Notes: a model not told the origin generated them from the letters alone. 64,000 nt of DNA from an uncultured Poribacteria bacterium (GCA_958296135.2 CATQHZ020000001.1:160001-224000), one strand, 5' to 3'. Numbered from the stretch's first letter, positions 46,698 to 57,883 are shown. Numbers and translations: made by a program.

Positions 46698-49600
46698 ATG
46701 GTAACGAAACTCTCGAAAACATTCTTAATCGGTGTCATCGGATTGCTCTCACTGATTATCATCGCAGGCATCTTCTATATCGTGCGCGAAAATACCGGGA
46801 CTCAGACGCGCTACAGCGTCAACGCCTTCACCCCACAAGGCGATGTCCCGCAATGGGTAGATTTCTCGTGGACTTTTTCGGAACCGATTGTCGACAACGC
46901 TAGCATTGGAGCGGAAGTACCGCAGCACGCCATCCGCTTCACGCCGGCCGTGGAAGGAAAAGCGCGCTGGGTAGCCCGCGATAGCATCCGCTTCACACTG
47001 GATAGCCCGTTGGCACCTTCGGCGCGATACACGGTTGAACTCTCCTCACGCCTCAGCCCTTCTGGCAGTTTTGTGCTCACCGGGCGACGGCAGTTTGCCT
47101 TTGCAACACGGCGGTTTGAAGTCACAAACACCTCCTTTGAATTCCGATACAACGCCGGGAGACAGAAGGCGAATGCCATCGGCACCATCGCCTTTAACTA
47201 TCCTGTCAACATTGCCGATTTAAAGGCGCACCTATCTATCCTGCTTGATGGCGACACCGAAATTCCTTATCATCTGCTCACCGAGACATCAACCGCGCGC
47301 ACGGTAACGCTTGAAACCGGGGAAGTTGAACGCGGACGCGAAGACCGGGTGCTCACCGTGCGGATACAGAAGGATTTCAAATGCACCGGCGGACAACTCG
47401 GACTGGAGACAGCAAGCGTTACGCCGGTAATTCTGAGCGGCAGCGGCATCCTCGGCATCACCTATTGCAATGTGGAAGAAGAGGCAGGCAGGCCCTATAT
47501 CGCACTCCGATTCAGCACGCCTGTCCCACCACTCGCCGCTGCACCCTATCTCCAGCTCAAACAAGGCGATGCATCGAACGCTCTCCAAAACGTCCAGGTA
47601 GTTGAACAATACGGGGATATTCAGATTCACGGCGATTTCAAGCGGCGCGCAACTTACACCCTCACGATTCAGGAGGGACTGACAGCGCGCGACGACTCAG
47701 TGCTCAAAAAACCATACACCGCACGCCTCACTATTCCTGATCTACCGCCGACAGCGCGGTTCCTCGGCGGACACAGGGGCGGCGCAGGCTTCCTCGCAAG
47801 AGAAGGCGCCTTGAACATCGGCGTTGCAACCATTAATATCAACCGGCTAGAACTTGAAATCGAGAAGGTTTTCGCCAATAACCTCATCTATCTCGCCAAA
47901 GTAGAGGCGTGGAGCCGATGGAGCTCTCGGCACATCGGCACTCCCGTGCATGAAGAAATCCTCGCCGTGGACGCGCGATTAAACGAGGAGGTTACCACAC
48001 CCATCCCCCTCGGCAATTATCTAGCGGAAGACCCGGGCATTTTCAAAATCGTCGTGCGAGATGCTGAAGATAGAAGGGTGAGCGCAAACCAGTGGGTGCT
48101 CATCACCGACCTGGGACTGCTCGTCAAGCGCATCGGCGATTCGCTCTACGTCTGGGTGAAATCCTTGGAAACGCACGAACCGGTGCCAGCCGCACGCGTC
48201 AAACTCATCAGTGAGAACAACCAGACGCTCCTCACCGGCACCACAAACTGGGCCGGGTTTGTCAAGTTTACCCAAAACGTCGTCTTTGACACCCCCGAAA
48301 TGCAAGACTTGACAACGTCAAATCGGCCCGGTAAGGCCACGACATCAAACCAAAAACCTTTTATGCTCACCGTCGCGAAAGACGATGATCTGGCGTTTCT
48401 CCAACTCGACCGGGATGAGCGCGCCACCGCCGATTTCAACGTCGCCGGCCCCGCCTATCTCGAAAAGGGTTACGAAGCGTTCTTGTGGACAGGGCGCGGT
48501 GTCTATCGTCCGGGTGAGACAGTCGAACTTGCTGGCATTGTGCGAGGGCCGCAGCACACCATCCCGCCGCCTCTCCCCGTGCATCTTGAGGTGCTTGCCC
48601 CGGATGGCAGAATCTTGCGGGAAGCGCGCCTCAAGACATTGAAGAGCGGCGCGTGCGAGGTGCGCATCCAGATTCCGGCCTACGCGCAAACAGGCGGCTA
48701 CATCGCCACACTCCGCATCGCCGAAAAGGTGGTTGGGCGCACCCGCTTTCAAGTAGAAGAATTTATGCCAGACCGGATGAAAGTGAAGGTGACAACCGAC
48801 AAACCCGCTTATACGCTCGGCGATACCGTGGACGTTGAAGTCACCGCCGTTAACCTCTTCGGACCGCCTGCCGCCGAACGGCACGTAGAAGCGAATTGTG
48901 AACTGACCGCGGTGCCGCTGACGTTTGCAAACTGGGAAGGATTCACCTTCGGCGAACCTTTGAAAGAAGTTTTCGGGACGCAGCGCATTGCGTTAGGCGA
49001 AACAAAAACGGATGAAGTGGGGAAAGCGAGTTATCCGTGGAAAGTGCCGGAGATGCAACAGCCGCCGGCTCGGCTCCGCGGGGTAATGACTGCAACCGTG
49101 CGCGAAGTCGGCGGTAGAGCCGTCACTGCATCGCATGCTGTCGAGATCCATCCTTACTCGTACTACGTCGGGCTGCGCCGCGCCGCACCTGATGCGCAGG
49201 GTGAACCAAACACACCAATGGCCATAGATGTCATCGCTGTTGACGCGACCGGGGCAGGTGCCGAGGGGCGTACACTCACGCTCACGCTCCGCAAGGTACA
49301 GTGGAACACGCTCCTCCGGCAATCTGTGCAAGAATCGTATCGCCAGGGAACTTATGCCTATATCTCTGAAGCAGAAACGGAGGCAGTGGAGAAACGCACG
49401 ATAACCTCAGCGGCGCAGATAACCCGTGTGACGTTAACACCGCCCGATGCAGGCGACTATCGGGTGAGCGTGGTGGACACCGGCACCGGCGCACGAACCG
49501 AACTCGGCTTTTCTGTCGGTGGATGGGGGTGGATACCTGCAGCCATGTCACATCCGACACGGCTGGACATGTCGCTTGATAAACCGACGTACCGCCCAGG

Positions 49601-52301
49601 GCAAACGGCGAAACTGCGGATTCAGGCACCATTCCCCGGCACGCTCCTCCTCACTGTGGAACGTGAGAAACTGCTCAGTTACCGTACGGTAACGTTGACA
49701 GGCAACACCGCCACGCTGGACATCCCTGTCTGGCGCGGTTACGCACCGAACGTCTACCTCTCTGCTACCTTAATCCGAGCCGCACCAGCCCCGCAACCTG
49801 GCGAGGAAAACCTTAGCGACGGCGCAACCCGCGTAAGCGGAGACGCAGGGAACGTTACCCTGAAGAAACAAGCCTTTCCGAACGCTTGGCGAAACGACGA
49901 AAAACGCGCGTTTGGAGTTATCCCGTTGACACTCGATGCCGAACGCAACCGACTCTCGATTGAGATGGATATCCCCGAAGAAGTGCGGCCGAACAGCGAG
50001 GTGGAAATCGCCTTTCAAGTGAGAGGGACGCGGCGGCAGCAGTTCCATGTGTGTATCGCCGCTGTTGATGAAGGCATCCTCGCGTTGACAGATTTCCAAA
50101 CGCCGCGCCCGCACGACTATTTTTATCGGCAACGGGGACTGGAAACGCGCACGTTCGATCTGTATGGCGCACTTTTACCCGAACGTCCGGGCGCGGTGCA
50201 GCGCGTACCGCTGCACCCCGGTGGCGATAGTCAGGCGATGGCGCAGCAGCGGGTGCGGCGGCTCAGCACTGCAAGTGCCATGCGCGTCAAACCCGTTTCA
50301 CGTTGGGCAGGTATCGTGAAAACCGACACCCGCGGCCGGGGCACTGTCCGTTTCACACTGCCGCAATTCAACGGCACCCTGCGGCTCATGGCTGTCGCGT
50401 TCGCCGGCGCGACGTACGGTGCAGCAGAAGCATCGCTCCGCGTACGCGAACCCATTGTACTCACCCCGACGTTCCCGCGCTTCCTCGCCGGCGGCGATAA
50501 GATTCGCGTGCCGGTTACACTCGCTAATGGCACCGGGGCAGATGGCACGTTCACGGTGAAACTGACAGCAACCGGGGCAGTGCAGCTGCTGGATAGCGGC
50601 GAACACCAAGTTGCTGTTGCATCGGGTGCCGAAGGACACGTCGCTTTTGACGTGCGCGCACACGATGCGATAGACACTGTCGTTTTCACCCTAGTCGCAG
50701 CGGGCAATGCCCAGACAACACATCAGGAGGTGACACTACCGCTGCGTTCCGCTACACCGCCGATAACACAGACAGGACAAGGCGTTGTCCGCGCAGGCGA
50801 ATCCGGTGATTTCGTTTTCCCTTCAAACCTGATGGCAGAATCGTCCGAATTCTCGCTGACGCTCTCGCCGTTTCCGGCCGTAACGTTCGCGGAAAGCCTA
50901 CGATACCTAATCGGATATCCTTACGGATGCGTGGAACAGACGACGAGCCGGGTCTTCCCGCTCCTCTATTTCAGCCAGCTCGCAGAAGTGGTGGAACCCA
51001 CGCTTGCGAAAGATGGCAGCGTCGAACGTTACATTCGCACCGGCATCACCAAATTGGAGAGCATGCTCCTCTCTTCCCACCATTTCGCCTACTGGCCGAA
51101 TGGCACTTACGTCAACCCATGGAGCAGTCTCTATGCAGCGCACTTCCTCGTCGAAGCACGGAAAGCAGGCTATGCTGTAGCAGACCGGGTTTATGCTGAC
51201 ATGCTCCTCGGCATGCGAGCACTCGCAAAGTTGTCCACACTGCAGAACAAGGAACCGGCGATGGAGGAACTCTCTCTCGCCGCGTACGCCTGTTATGTCC
51301 TCGCCGCCGCAGGAAAGCCCGAAAAGGGCGCAATGCACTACCTGAAAGACCGGGGACTCAGCGGCCTCAGCCAATACAGCCATTTTCAACTCGCCGGCGC
51401 GTTTGCCCTCAGCGGCGGATTGGAGACAGCCCTCTCCATGCTCCCGGTTTCTGTCTCACCCCAAACCTCCAAGAGAGAGACTGGGGGGACACTCAACTCG
51501 CCAGTTCGAGCGCAAGCCATTATGTTGGATGTGCTAGCAGAGGTGAACGAAAACCATCCCTCACTTCCAACGCTCGTTAAGAATCTGGCAGATGCCGCAT
51601 CAAAAGGGAACCGGTGGGGCACGACACAAGAGAACGCCTTCGCCTTCCTCGCGCTCGGCAAAATTATGCAGAAACAAAAGTCGCGCGACATCACCGGCAC
51701 CCTCACCCTCAACGGCGAACATTTCGCTGAACTTGACGCTACAGAAAAGCGTTACACCGACGATGCTTGGGACGGAACGAAGGTGCAACTCACAGTTGAG
51801 GGTGAAGGAGACTGCTACTATTATTGGACTGCCTTCGGCATCCCGCGCGATTCGTTTATTGAGGAATACGCCCGCGAACTGCAGGCGCGACGCCGCTATT
51901 TTGACAAACATGGCGAAGAACTGACACACACCTTCCAGCACGGCACCCTGGTCGTGGCGGAAATTACCGTAAAGGCTCTCACTGAATCGCTAGAGAACGT
52001 CGTTGTCGTAGACATGGTGCCCGCGGGGTTCGAGATTGAGAATCCGCGGCTGGAATCGCGCGCCGAGATCCCGTGGATAAAAGCAGGCGAGTTCAAACCT
52101 GACTATGTGGACATCCGGGACGATAGGCTTATCTTCTTCGGCAACTTCCCGCGCCAACGCGAACGCAAATTCTATTACGCGCTTCGCGCTGTCACGCAAG
52201 GCGAATTTATCTTGCCACCGCTCGCAGCAGAGGCAATGTATGACGCGACAAAATCTGCTGTCGCTGGCAGTCGGCGAATTGAAATTGTTGCATCGGAATA
52301 A
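46698..52301 (+). CDS. Bacterial alpha-2-macroglobulin (YfhM-type)
   Basis: GVYRPGE, VEEFMPDRM, AVDEGIL, YPYGCVEQTTS thioester motif, DIRDDR, AEAMY. Confidence 0.93.
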   Translation: MVTKLSKTFLIGVIGLLSLIIIAGIFYIVRENTGTQTRYSVNAFTPQGDVPQWVDFSWTFSEPIVDNASIGAEVPQHAIRFTPAVEGKARWVARDSIRFTLDSPLAPSARYTVELSSRLSPSGSFVLTGRRQFAFATRRFEVTNTSFEFRYNAGRQKANAIGTIAFNYPVNIADLKAHLSILLDGDTEIPYHLLTETSTARTVTLETGEVERGREDRVLTVRIQKDFKCTGGQLGLETASVTPVILSGSGILGITYCNVEEEAGRPYIALRFSTPVPPLAAAPYLQLKQGDASNALQNVQVVEQYGDIQIHGDFKRRATYTLTIQEGLTARDDSVLKKPYTARLTIPDLPPTARFLGGHRGGAGFLAREGALNIGVATININRLELEIEKVFANNLIYLAKVEAWSRWSSRHIGTPVHEEILAVDARLNEEVTTPIPLGNYLAEDPGIFKIVVRDAEDRRVSANQWVLITDLGLLVKRIGDSLYVWVKSLETHEPVPAARVKLISENNQTLLTGTTNWAGFVKFTQNVVFDTPEMQDLTTSNRPGKATTSNQKPFMLTVAKDDDLAFLQLDRDERATADFNVAGPAYLEKGYEAFLWTGRGVYRPGETVELAGIVRGPQHTIPPPLPVHLEVLAPDGRILREARLKTLKSGACEVRIQIPAYAQTGGYIATLRIAEKVVGRTRFQVEEFMPDRMKVKVTTDKPAYTLGDTVDVEVTAVNLFGPPAAERHVEANCELTAVPLTFANWEGFTFGEPLKEVFGTQRIALGETKTDEVGKASYPWKVPEMQQPPARLRGVMTATVREVGGRAVTASHAVEIHPYSYYVGLRRAAPDAQGEPNTPMAIDVIAVDATGAGAEGRTLTLTLRKVQWNTLLRQSVQESYRQGTYAYISEAETEAVEKRTITSAAQITRVTLTPPDAGDYRVSVVDTGTGARTELGFSVGGWGWIPAAMSHPTRLDMSLDKPTYRPGQTAKLRIQAPFPGTLLLTVEREKLLSYRTVTLTGNTATLDIPVWRGYAPNVYLSATLIRAAPAPQPGEENLSDGATRVSGDAGNVTLKKQAFPNAWRNDEKRAFGVIPLTLDAERNRLSIEMDIPEEVRPNSEVEIAFQVRGTRRQQFHVCIAAVDEGILALTDFQTPRPHDYFYRQRGLETRTFDLYGALLPERPGAVQRVPLHPGGDSQAMAQQRVRRLSTASAMRVKPVSRWAGIVKTDTRGRGTVRFTLPQFNGTLRLMAVAFAGATYGAAEASLRVREPIVLTPTFPRFLAGGDKIRVPVTLANGTGADGTFTVKLTATGAVQLLDSGEHQVAVASGAEGHVAFDVRAHDAIDTVVFTLVAAGNAQTTHQEVTLPLRSATPPITQTGQGVVRAGESGDFVFPSNLMAESSEFSLTLSPFPAVTFAESLRYLIGYPYGCVEQTTSRVFPLLYFSQLAEVVEPTLAKDGSVERYIRTGITKLESMLLSSHHFAYWPNGTYVNPWSSLYAAHFLVEARKAGYAVADRVYADMLLGMRALAKLSTLQNKEPAMEELSLAAYACYVLAAAGKPEKGAMHYLKDRGLSGLSQYSHFQLAGAFALSGGLETALSMLPVSVSPQTSKRETGGTLNSPVRAQAIMLDVLAEVNENHPSLPTLVKNLADAASKGNRWGTTQENAFAFLALGKIMQKQKSRDITGTLTLNGEHFAELDATEKRYTDDAWDGTKVQLTVEGEGDCYYYWTAFGIPRDSFIEEYARELQARRRYFDKHGEELTHTFQHGTLVVAEITVKALTESLENVVVVDMVPAGFEIENPRLESRAEIPWIKAGEFKPDYVDIRDDRLIFFGNFPRQRERKFYYALRAVTQGEFILPPLAAEAMYDATKSAVAGSRRIEIVASE

Positions 52302-52402
52302 TGTGGGAAAGGGCGATGGACGGATATGGACATCCGCCTTTACAGGGAAGTGTGTGGCAGAGGCGATGTATAATACCAAACGCCTTGCGAACAACGAAAA
52401 AC

Positions 52403-54796
52403 ATGAATTGGAAAAAATGCATCAGGATAGGTATATTTGTGGTTATCGGCGTGCCTGTGTTGCTGTTCGTCCTCTTGAACGCCTGCTTTCCATTACCGGC
52501 ACGCCGACTCCATCCCCCGCCATCCGCGCTCGTTTTGGACAGAAACGGACAGGGGCTCCGCGCCTTTTTAGCAACTGATGGCATGTGGCGGATGCCCGAA
52601 CCCGAACTCAGCCGCGTCTCACCGGGGCTCACGCAAGCGGCGTTAGCGGTGGAAGATAGATGGTTTCATTATCATTGGGGTATCAACCCGGTGTCCCTCG
52701 CCGGGGCAGCGTATGATAATCTTCGCGCAGGGAAGGTGGTGCGCGGCGGCTCAACGATTACGATGCAGCTCGCGCGTTTGATGGAACCGAAAGCGCGCAC
52801 ACTGCCCAATAAGTGTGTTGAGATGTTCCGCGCCCTCCAGTTAGAACTCACCTACTCCAAATCGGAAATTTTAACCTTTTACTTTAACATGCTCCCCTAC
52901 GGCGGCAACATCGTCGGTTCGGCGGCTGCGGCGCGGCTCTATTTTAACAAACCGCAGCAGGCGATGAGCCTTGGGGAGGCAGCCCTCCTCGCCAGCATCC
53001 CGAATGCGCCGGAACATTTGCGGCCCGACAGATTCCCAAAGCGCGCCCGAACGGCGCGGAATAAAGTGCTCGCCCTTCTCCTCGCACGCAGGCAGATTGC
53101 GCAAAGCCAATGGCACGAAGCACGGCAAGAACCGATTCCCACACGGCGGCATCCGTTGCCTTTCAAGGCACCGCATCTCGCGCGGCTGCTGGCGAAAAAG
53201 CAGACACGCAAAGACGGACGGATATATACCACGATTGATGCGCACATACAAGAGACTGCCGTTCGGATACTGCAGCAAGCAGTGGAAGCACAGTATAGAA
53301 CCGGCTCGCCTGAGCACGTTAACGCTTCCACCGGTGCAGTGGTTGTAATGGATACGCAGCATCGCGAGGTGTTGGCACTCGTCGGTTCTCACGATTTTTT
53401 TGACAGCACGGCTCTAGGACAAGTCAACGGCGCGCTCGCACCGCGCTCACCCGGCTCTGCACTGAAACCTTTCGTCTACGCGCTCGCCATCGAACGGGGG
53501 GTGATAACGCCAGAGACGTTGCTCTTCGATGTACCTGTCTCCTACCGCGGCTATCGGCCCGTGAATTACGATGGCACTTACAGCGGCTACGTCTCCGCGC
53601 GCGAAGCACTGGCGCGCTCGCTCAATGTCCCAGCGGTGAATCTCGCCGCACAACTGGACACGTCGCTGGAAGGATTTCTCAAGCAGGCAGGTATCTCAAC
53701 CCTATCCGATGCCAGACGGTATGGGCTCTCAATGGTTCTCGGCGGATGTGAGGTGAATCTGTTGGAGTTGACAACGCTCTACGCCGGATTGGCAAACATG
53801 GGCGAATTCGCGCCGTATCAGCTCAGGTTCTCTGGACACACCGGGCTACGGCTCGGCACAGGGATGAACGCCCACCCTACAGAGCAAAGCGGGCCATCCT
53901 TGCTCCGTCCTGAAACGTGTTATATAGTGCTAGAGATGTTGACGACACTAGAGCGTCCCGATTTTCCAAAAGCCTCTTTTGACAGAACAGTGAATCTCCC
54001 CAAAATCGCGTGGAAAACGGGGACATCCTTCGGGCATCGAGATGCATGGAGTCTCGGCACGTCTCCAGAGTTGACGATTGGCGTATGGCTCGGCAATTTC
54101 AGTGGGAAGGGCGCGCCGAATCTCAGCGGCGCGGAAGCAGCAACGCCAATTCTCTTTGCACTTTTCAACGCGCTCACGGCGGAGAAAACACACCGATGGT
54201 TTCCGCAACCCGAAGGCGGACTCCGAGAACGGCAGGTGTGCGCGCTGAGTGGACAGCCCCCCTCAGCACAGTGTCCAGCACAGAAAACCGATGTCTATAT
54301 GCCGGGGGTTTCACCCGTCAATGTCTGTTCATTGCATCAACAGGTGTGGGTAGATAAGGCTACAGGGTATAGCGTCTGTCCGCAGTGTGCCAGTCCGAAG
54401 AATGAGAAACCTGGGAATTATGAGGAACGAGTGCTGACAGAATGGCCCGCCGAGGCGGCGACATGGTTGGCCGAAAACGGGTTTGCGGTGCCCGTGTTTC
54501 CGCCTCATAACCCCCGCTGCACCGCGCCGCGGCCCGGGGATGCTCCGGTTATCCTGTCGCCGGAAGAGGATACCGTCTATACCCTTCGCACAGGCGTGCC
54601 ACGAGAGTATCAGAAGATTCGGCTCGCTGCATCGATTTCTAATCGGACACAGGAACTTTTTTGGTTCCTTGATGGCGAGTTAGTTTCAACCGCGCCGACG
54701 TTTTTTCTCATGCCGGTTGTCGGACAGCACACGGTGACGTGTGTTGATGGCGATGGGCGCGCGACGAGTCGTCACCTTGTTATCAAAACGTGGTAG
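52403..54796 (+). CDS. pbpC: Penicillin-binding protein 1C
   Basis: EDRWF, GGSTITMQLAR, RSPGSALKPF, SLN, WKTGTS; follows alpha-2-macroglobulin; likely start ATG 52403. Confidence 0.92.
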   Translation: MNWKKCIRIGIFVVIGVPVLLFVLLNACFPLPARRLHPPPSALVLDRNGQGLRAFLATDGMWRMPEPELSRVSPGLTQAALAVEDRWFHYHWGINPVSLAGAAYDNLRAGKVVRGGSTITMQLARLMEPKARTLPNKCVEMFRALQLELTYSKSEILTFYFNMLPYGGNIVGSAAAARLYFNKPQQAMSLGEAALLASIPNAPEHLRPDRFPKRARTARNKVLALLLARRQIAQSQWHEARQEPIPTRRHPLPFKAPHLARLLAKKQTRKDGRIYTTIDAHIQETAVRILQQAVEAQYRTGSPEHVNASTGAVVVMDTQHREVLALVGSHDFFDSTALGQVNGALAPRSPGSALKPFVYALAIERGVITPETLLFDVPVSYRGYRPVNYDGTYSGYVSAREALARSLNVPAVNLAAQLDTSLEGFLKQAGISTLSDARRYGLSMVLGGCEVNLLELTTLYAGLANMGEFAPYQLRFSGHTGLRLGTGMNAHPTEQSGPSLLRPETCYIVLEMLTTLERPDFPKASFDRTVNLPKIAWKTGTSFGHRDAWSLGTSPELTIGVWLGNFSGKGAPNLSGAEAATPILFALFNALTAEKTHRWFPQPEGGLRERQVCALSGQPPSAQCPAQKTDVYMPGVSPVNVCSLHQQVWVDKATGYSVCPQCASPKNEKPGNYEERVLTEWPAEAATWLAENGFAVPVFPPHNPRCTAPRPGDAPVILSPEEDTVYTLRTGVPREYQKIRLAASISNRTQELFWFLDGELVSTAPTFFLMPVVGQHTVTCVDGDGRATSRHLVIKTW

Positions 54797-54863
54797 GAGA
54801 GCTCTCCCGGTCCTGATACCGACGCGTCAAAACCGGGAGGCCTCTCCTACAGCAACATTGGGA

Positions 54864-55616
54864 CTACTGAGATTTCAACCGTCCCCAAGTCGTTGTCACC
54901 TTCCCGCGGGCGTTGACAGCGAGGGCCTTCTCCATGTTTGCCGTCACCTCTTCTGCGGTGAGCGCGACGCTCCAAATCTTGAATTCGTCTATCATGCCGT
55001 TGAAGAAGTTGGCGTTCCCTTGATTCGCGGCGATAGACATGCCTTGCGTGCCGAAGTCCATCCGCGCAGCACCGCCGGACTTCGCCTCGCCATCCACTTC
55101 GCCGTTGATATACATCACCGCATTGCTCTTGTCCTGCGTACCGACGAAGTAGTGCCATTCCGGTTCAAACCCGATTTTCTGGGTGAGTGCCTCTAACTCT
55201 GCGCCTTGCGTCGCAAAGTAGAAGCCGAATAAAACGCCGCCGCGGTTGAAGGTAATATGCGGCCGCCCACCCCCCGTGAGACGATACAGCAAATCGATGC
55301 GGTTGCCGCCCTCAATCTTGTCGTCCGGTTTGAACCAGAACTCTACCGTCATCTCCTTCGGCTCGTCAATCTTGAGCGCATCGACGTTGACGCTGCCGTT
55401 GTCAAAATGAAGGGCCTGCCCGACGACACCCTCCACCCAATCGGCGTTTTTGATGTCGCCGGTGAAGCCGTGCGGGCCGGTGTCTTCAGCTTTGTTCCCC
55501 TTCCCTTCATCGAACGGGAAATAGAGGAGGATGTCTGTGGCTTCATCGGCGGCGTGCGCATGTGTCAAGCACAGCAGGAACACAGCCGCGGTAAATAAAA
55601 AGAGAATTTTTTGCAT
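54864..55616 (-). CDS. Secreted LamG-like jelly-roll protein with TWG C-terminal motif
   Basis: LYFPFDEG, TVEFWFKP, WHYFVGT, YING, GMIDEFKIW; ends AVNARGKVTTTWGRLKSQ. Confidence 0.85.
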   Translation of the reverse strand: MQKILFLFTAAVFLLCLTHAHAADEATDILLYFPFDEGKGNKAEDTGPHGFTGDIKNADWVEGVVGQALHFDNGSVNVDALKIDEPKEMTVEFWFKPDDKIEGGNRIDLLYRLTGGGRPHITFNRGGVLFGFYFATQGAELEALTQKIGFEPEWHYFVGTQDKSNAVMYINGEVDGEAKSGGAARMDFGTQGMSIAANQGNANFFNGMIDEFKIWSVALTAEEVTANMEKALAVNARGKVTTTWGRLKSQ

Positions 55617-55653
55617 TTTCACTCCTATAAACATGTCGTGCCTAACGGCACTG

Positions 55654-56490
55654 TTATTGAACGCGCTTCAGGTGTCCCCACGTCGTCGTTAATTTCCCTG
55701 TGGGTTCAACCGCTAGCACTTCAGGGACATAATAGTTGACAATAAATTCACCCATAATCTTGCCCCAGGAAACGCCGGGGTGCGGGACATCGCCGACGTA
55801 AGCCTGCACGAAGATGCCGAGGCGGCCACCTGTGTCCTCGTTGATTAAGACAGCGGGTTCAACACGCGGGTCTTCATCGTTATTCTCGGCGAGCGCGATG
55901 TCAAGTTTCCACGCCGTCTTCGCGTAATCGTCAAGATGAAACGGATACGAGGTGTTGTACTTTTTGAGGCTCGGCACATACTTTTCGCCTTCAGCGGTGG
56001 GTGTCATCTCCACCGGATTTTCTTGCCAATTGTCGGGTCCTTTGCCTTGCCAGACGAAGGCGTTAGGAACATCAATGATGTTCGGTAAGCCTTGTTGTCC
56101 GTTCGTTTCAGCGGGGCCTTCAGACGTGTAGAAGGTATACTCGCCGGTGTTGAAAATCGTGTTGCCGGCATCGAGGAATTCTTCCAGAAGAGAACCGTCG
56201 GGTTTGGCGTTACCGGGCGGATAAATCGTTGACGGCGTAATGCCGGTGAGAATCAGCGTGTTACCGCCGCCATCGGTATGTTCTTCTACCCATTTCGCTA
56301 ACCCCTTGATATCCTTCGGGTCAAACACCGCGAGGTTTTCTCCATCAAGAATTTTGATGAGCGTGTCGATTTCCTTTTGCGCGCCTTTCGCGTCTTCGCG
56401 TGCCCACGGATGTGAGTCTGTATGTAGCGCGAAGTCGAATCCTGTGGAAAGGACGACAAACAAGAAAAGTAAACTCAGTTTTCTAGTCAT
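55654..56490 (-). CDS. Secreted hypothetical protein with TWG C-terminal motif
   Basis: Signal peptide; ends AVEPTGKLTTTWGHLKRVQ. Confidence 0.8.
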   Translation of the reverse strand: MTRKLSLLFLFVVLSTGFDFALHTDSHPWAREDAKGAQKEIDTLIKILDGENLAVFDPKDIKGLAKWVEEHTDGGGNTLILTGITPSTIYPPGNAKPDGSLLEEFLDAGNTIFNTGEYTFYTSEGPAETNGQQGLPNIIDVPNAFVWQGKGPDNWQENPVEMTPTAEGEKYVPSLKKYNTSYPFHLDDYAKTAWKLDIALAENNDEDPRVEPAVLINEDTGGRLGIFVQAYVGDVPHPGVSWGKIMGEFIVNYYVPEVLAVEPTGKLTTTWGHLKRVQ

Positions 56491-56573
56491 CTTCGCCTCC
56501 TATAAACATGCAGTCCGAATGGCATCGCGGGCGGAGATAGAAAGAAATCCGCCCTTACACTCGGGGTTGGACT

Positions 56574-57251
56574 TCATTGGTGTTTCAAGGCACCCCATGT
56601 GACAGCCAGTTTCCCTACCGGTTCGACGGCCGTTGGCGGAATGCCGGGTCCGTTGATTTCAACGTATTCATAAAGCACTGTTGAATCCCTACCGCCGAGC
56701 CCCGGACGGCCTTCGGCGTAGGTTTTATCCTCTGATTCAACCATCTGTTTCCCATCGATGTAGGTTCTGAGGGTTTGACCTTGGGTTTCAAAGACGAGGG
56801 TGTAAGCATCGCCGCCTTTGGTATCTTTCGAGTCTGGGCGTTGGGGACGCGGCCCGCCGGTAATCTCGTTCGCATTCCCACCTTCAAACATGAACAGCGA
56901 GGTGGTATGCGAGTTGTAACTAATTTCCATAAAATAGAAATCGACGTTGGGTTCTTGCGTCCGAACAAACAGATGGAAATAGGGCCCAGCCAGTTTTCGG
57001 GCTCGGACTTCCATGCGATAATCGGTCCAGTCATCTTCGCCGAAATAGATGCCGGAGTTTTGTCCGCCGCCGACGATGAGTTCAAGGGCACCGTTTTTCA
57101 CCTTGGCGGTTGCCTGCGGGCCCAGTTCCCAATCGGCAATCTCTTTGTCGCTGTCGAATTCGTAGCGAATTGCCTGTGCGGTATGTGCCATCAGCATGAT
57201 GAAGCACAAGCATCCGAATAGGCACAGCCGTTGGATATCATGTCTTTTCAT
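56574..57251 (-). CDS. Secreted ConA-like/DUF1080-like protein with TWG C-terminal motif
   Basis: GEDDWTDY, FVR.Q....Y, YIDGK, GRPGL; ends AVEPVGKLAVTWGALKHQ. Confidence 0.75.
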   Translation of the reverse strand: MKRHDIQRLCLFGCLCFIMLMAHTAQAIRYEFDSDKEIADWELGPQATAKVKNGALELIVGGGQNSGIYFGEDDWTDYRMEVRARKLAGPYFHLFVRTQEPNVDFYFMEISYNSHTTSLFMFEGGNANEITGGPRPQRPDSKDTKGGDAYTLVFETQGQTLRTYIDGKQMVESEDKTYAEGRPGLGGRDSTVLYEYVEINGPGIPPTAVEPVGKLAVTWGALKHQ

Positions 57252-57485
57252 CGCAATGTCCTCCTTTGTCAATAGGACTGACGCGGCACCACCCCCTACC
57301 GGGGCTTGTAGGTTTTTGCGTCAGGCCTGGCCAGTGAGAGAGATAACTTTTCAGTTCATGCCGTGAAAAATTGAGACATCGTTTGAACAGCGCGCTGTAA
57401 ATGCAACTACAACGCGAGGTTGATACGTTAATTTACCAAAAAACGCAATTAACGTCAACATGAAATTGCCGCAGCCCCTATCCCC

Positions 57486-57854
57486 TCATTGCCGCAGGGC
57501 GGCTATCATCAGACATGCCCATCCGGCAATGAATGCCAGGCCGCCAATCGGCGTAATTGCCCCAAGCCAGCGAATACCGGTGAGACTCAGCACGTAGAGA
57601 CTCCCTGAGAAAATCAGGATGCCGACGATAAAGCACCATCCCGATGCAGTGATGAACGGTGTCTGCCATTGCGTGTCTGCCCACGCAGCGGCGATGAGGG
57701 CAAGGCTATGATACATCTGATAACGGACTGCGACTTCAAACGTCTCCAGCATTTCGGGTGACAGCGTATTGCGGAGCGCGTGCGCGCCAAACGCGCCAAA
57801 AACAACGGCGAGCAACCCGAAACCTGAACCGAATATAAATAAAAGGTTGGGCAT
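57486..57854 (-). CDS. DUF423 (YgdD/TMEM256) membrane protein
   Basis: GAFGAHAL, YQMYH, FSGSLY, GAITPIGG. Confidence 0.92.
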   Translation of the reverse strand: MPNLLFIFGSGFGLLAVVFGAFGAHALRNTLSPEMLETFEVAVRYQMYHSLALIAAAWADTQWQTPFITASGWCFIVGILIFSGSLYVLSLTGIRWLGAITPIGGLAFIAGWACLMIAALRQ

Positions 57855-57883
57855 TGTTTCTTCTCCTTAACCACCTCGTGGCC

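Noticed and set aside
52301-52402. N-terminal extension of pbpC
   Set aside because: The segment contains a REP-like hairpin related to 44529 and 56528; ATG 52403 gives a normal membrane-anchor start
57275-57327. Possible riboswitch upstream of 56574..57251
   Set aside because: A hairpin (ctgacgc/gcgtcag) is present, but I could not match it to a known riboswitch consensus
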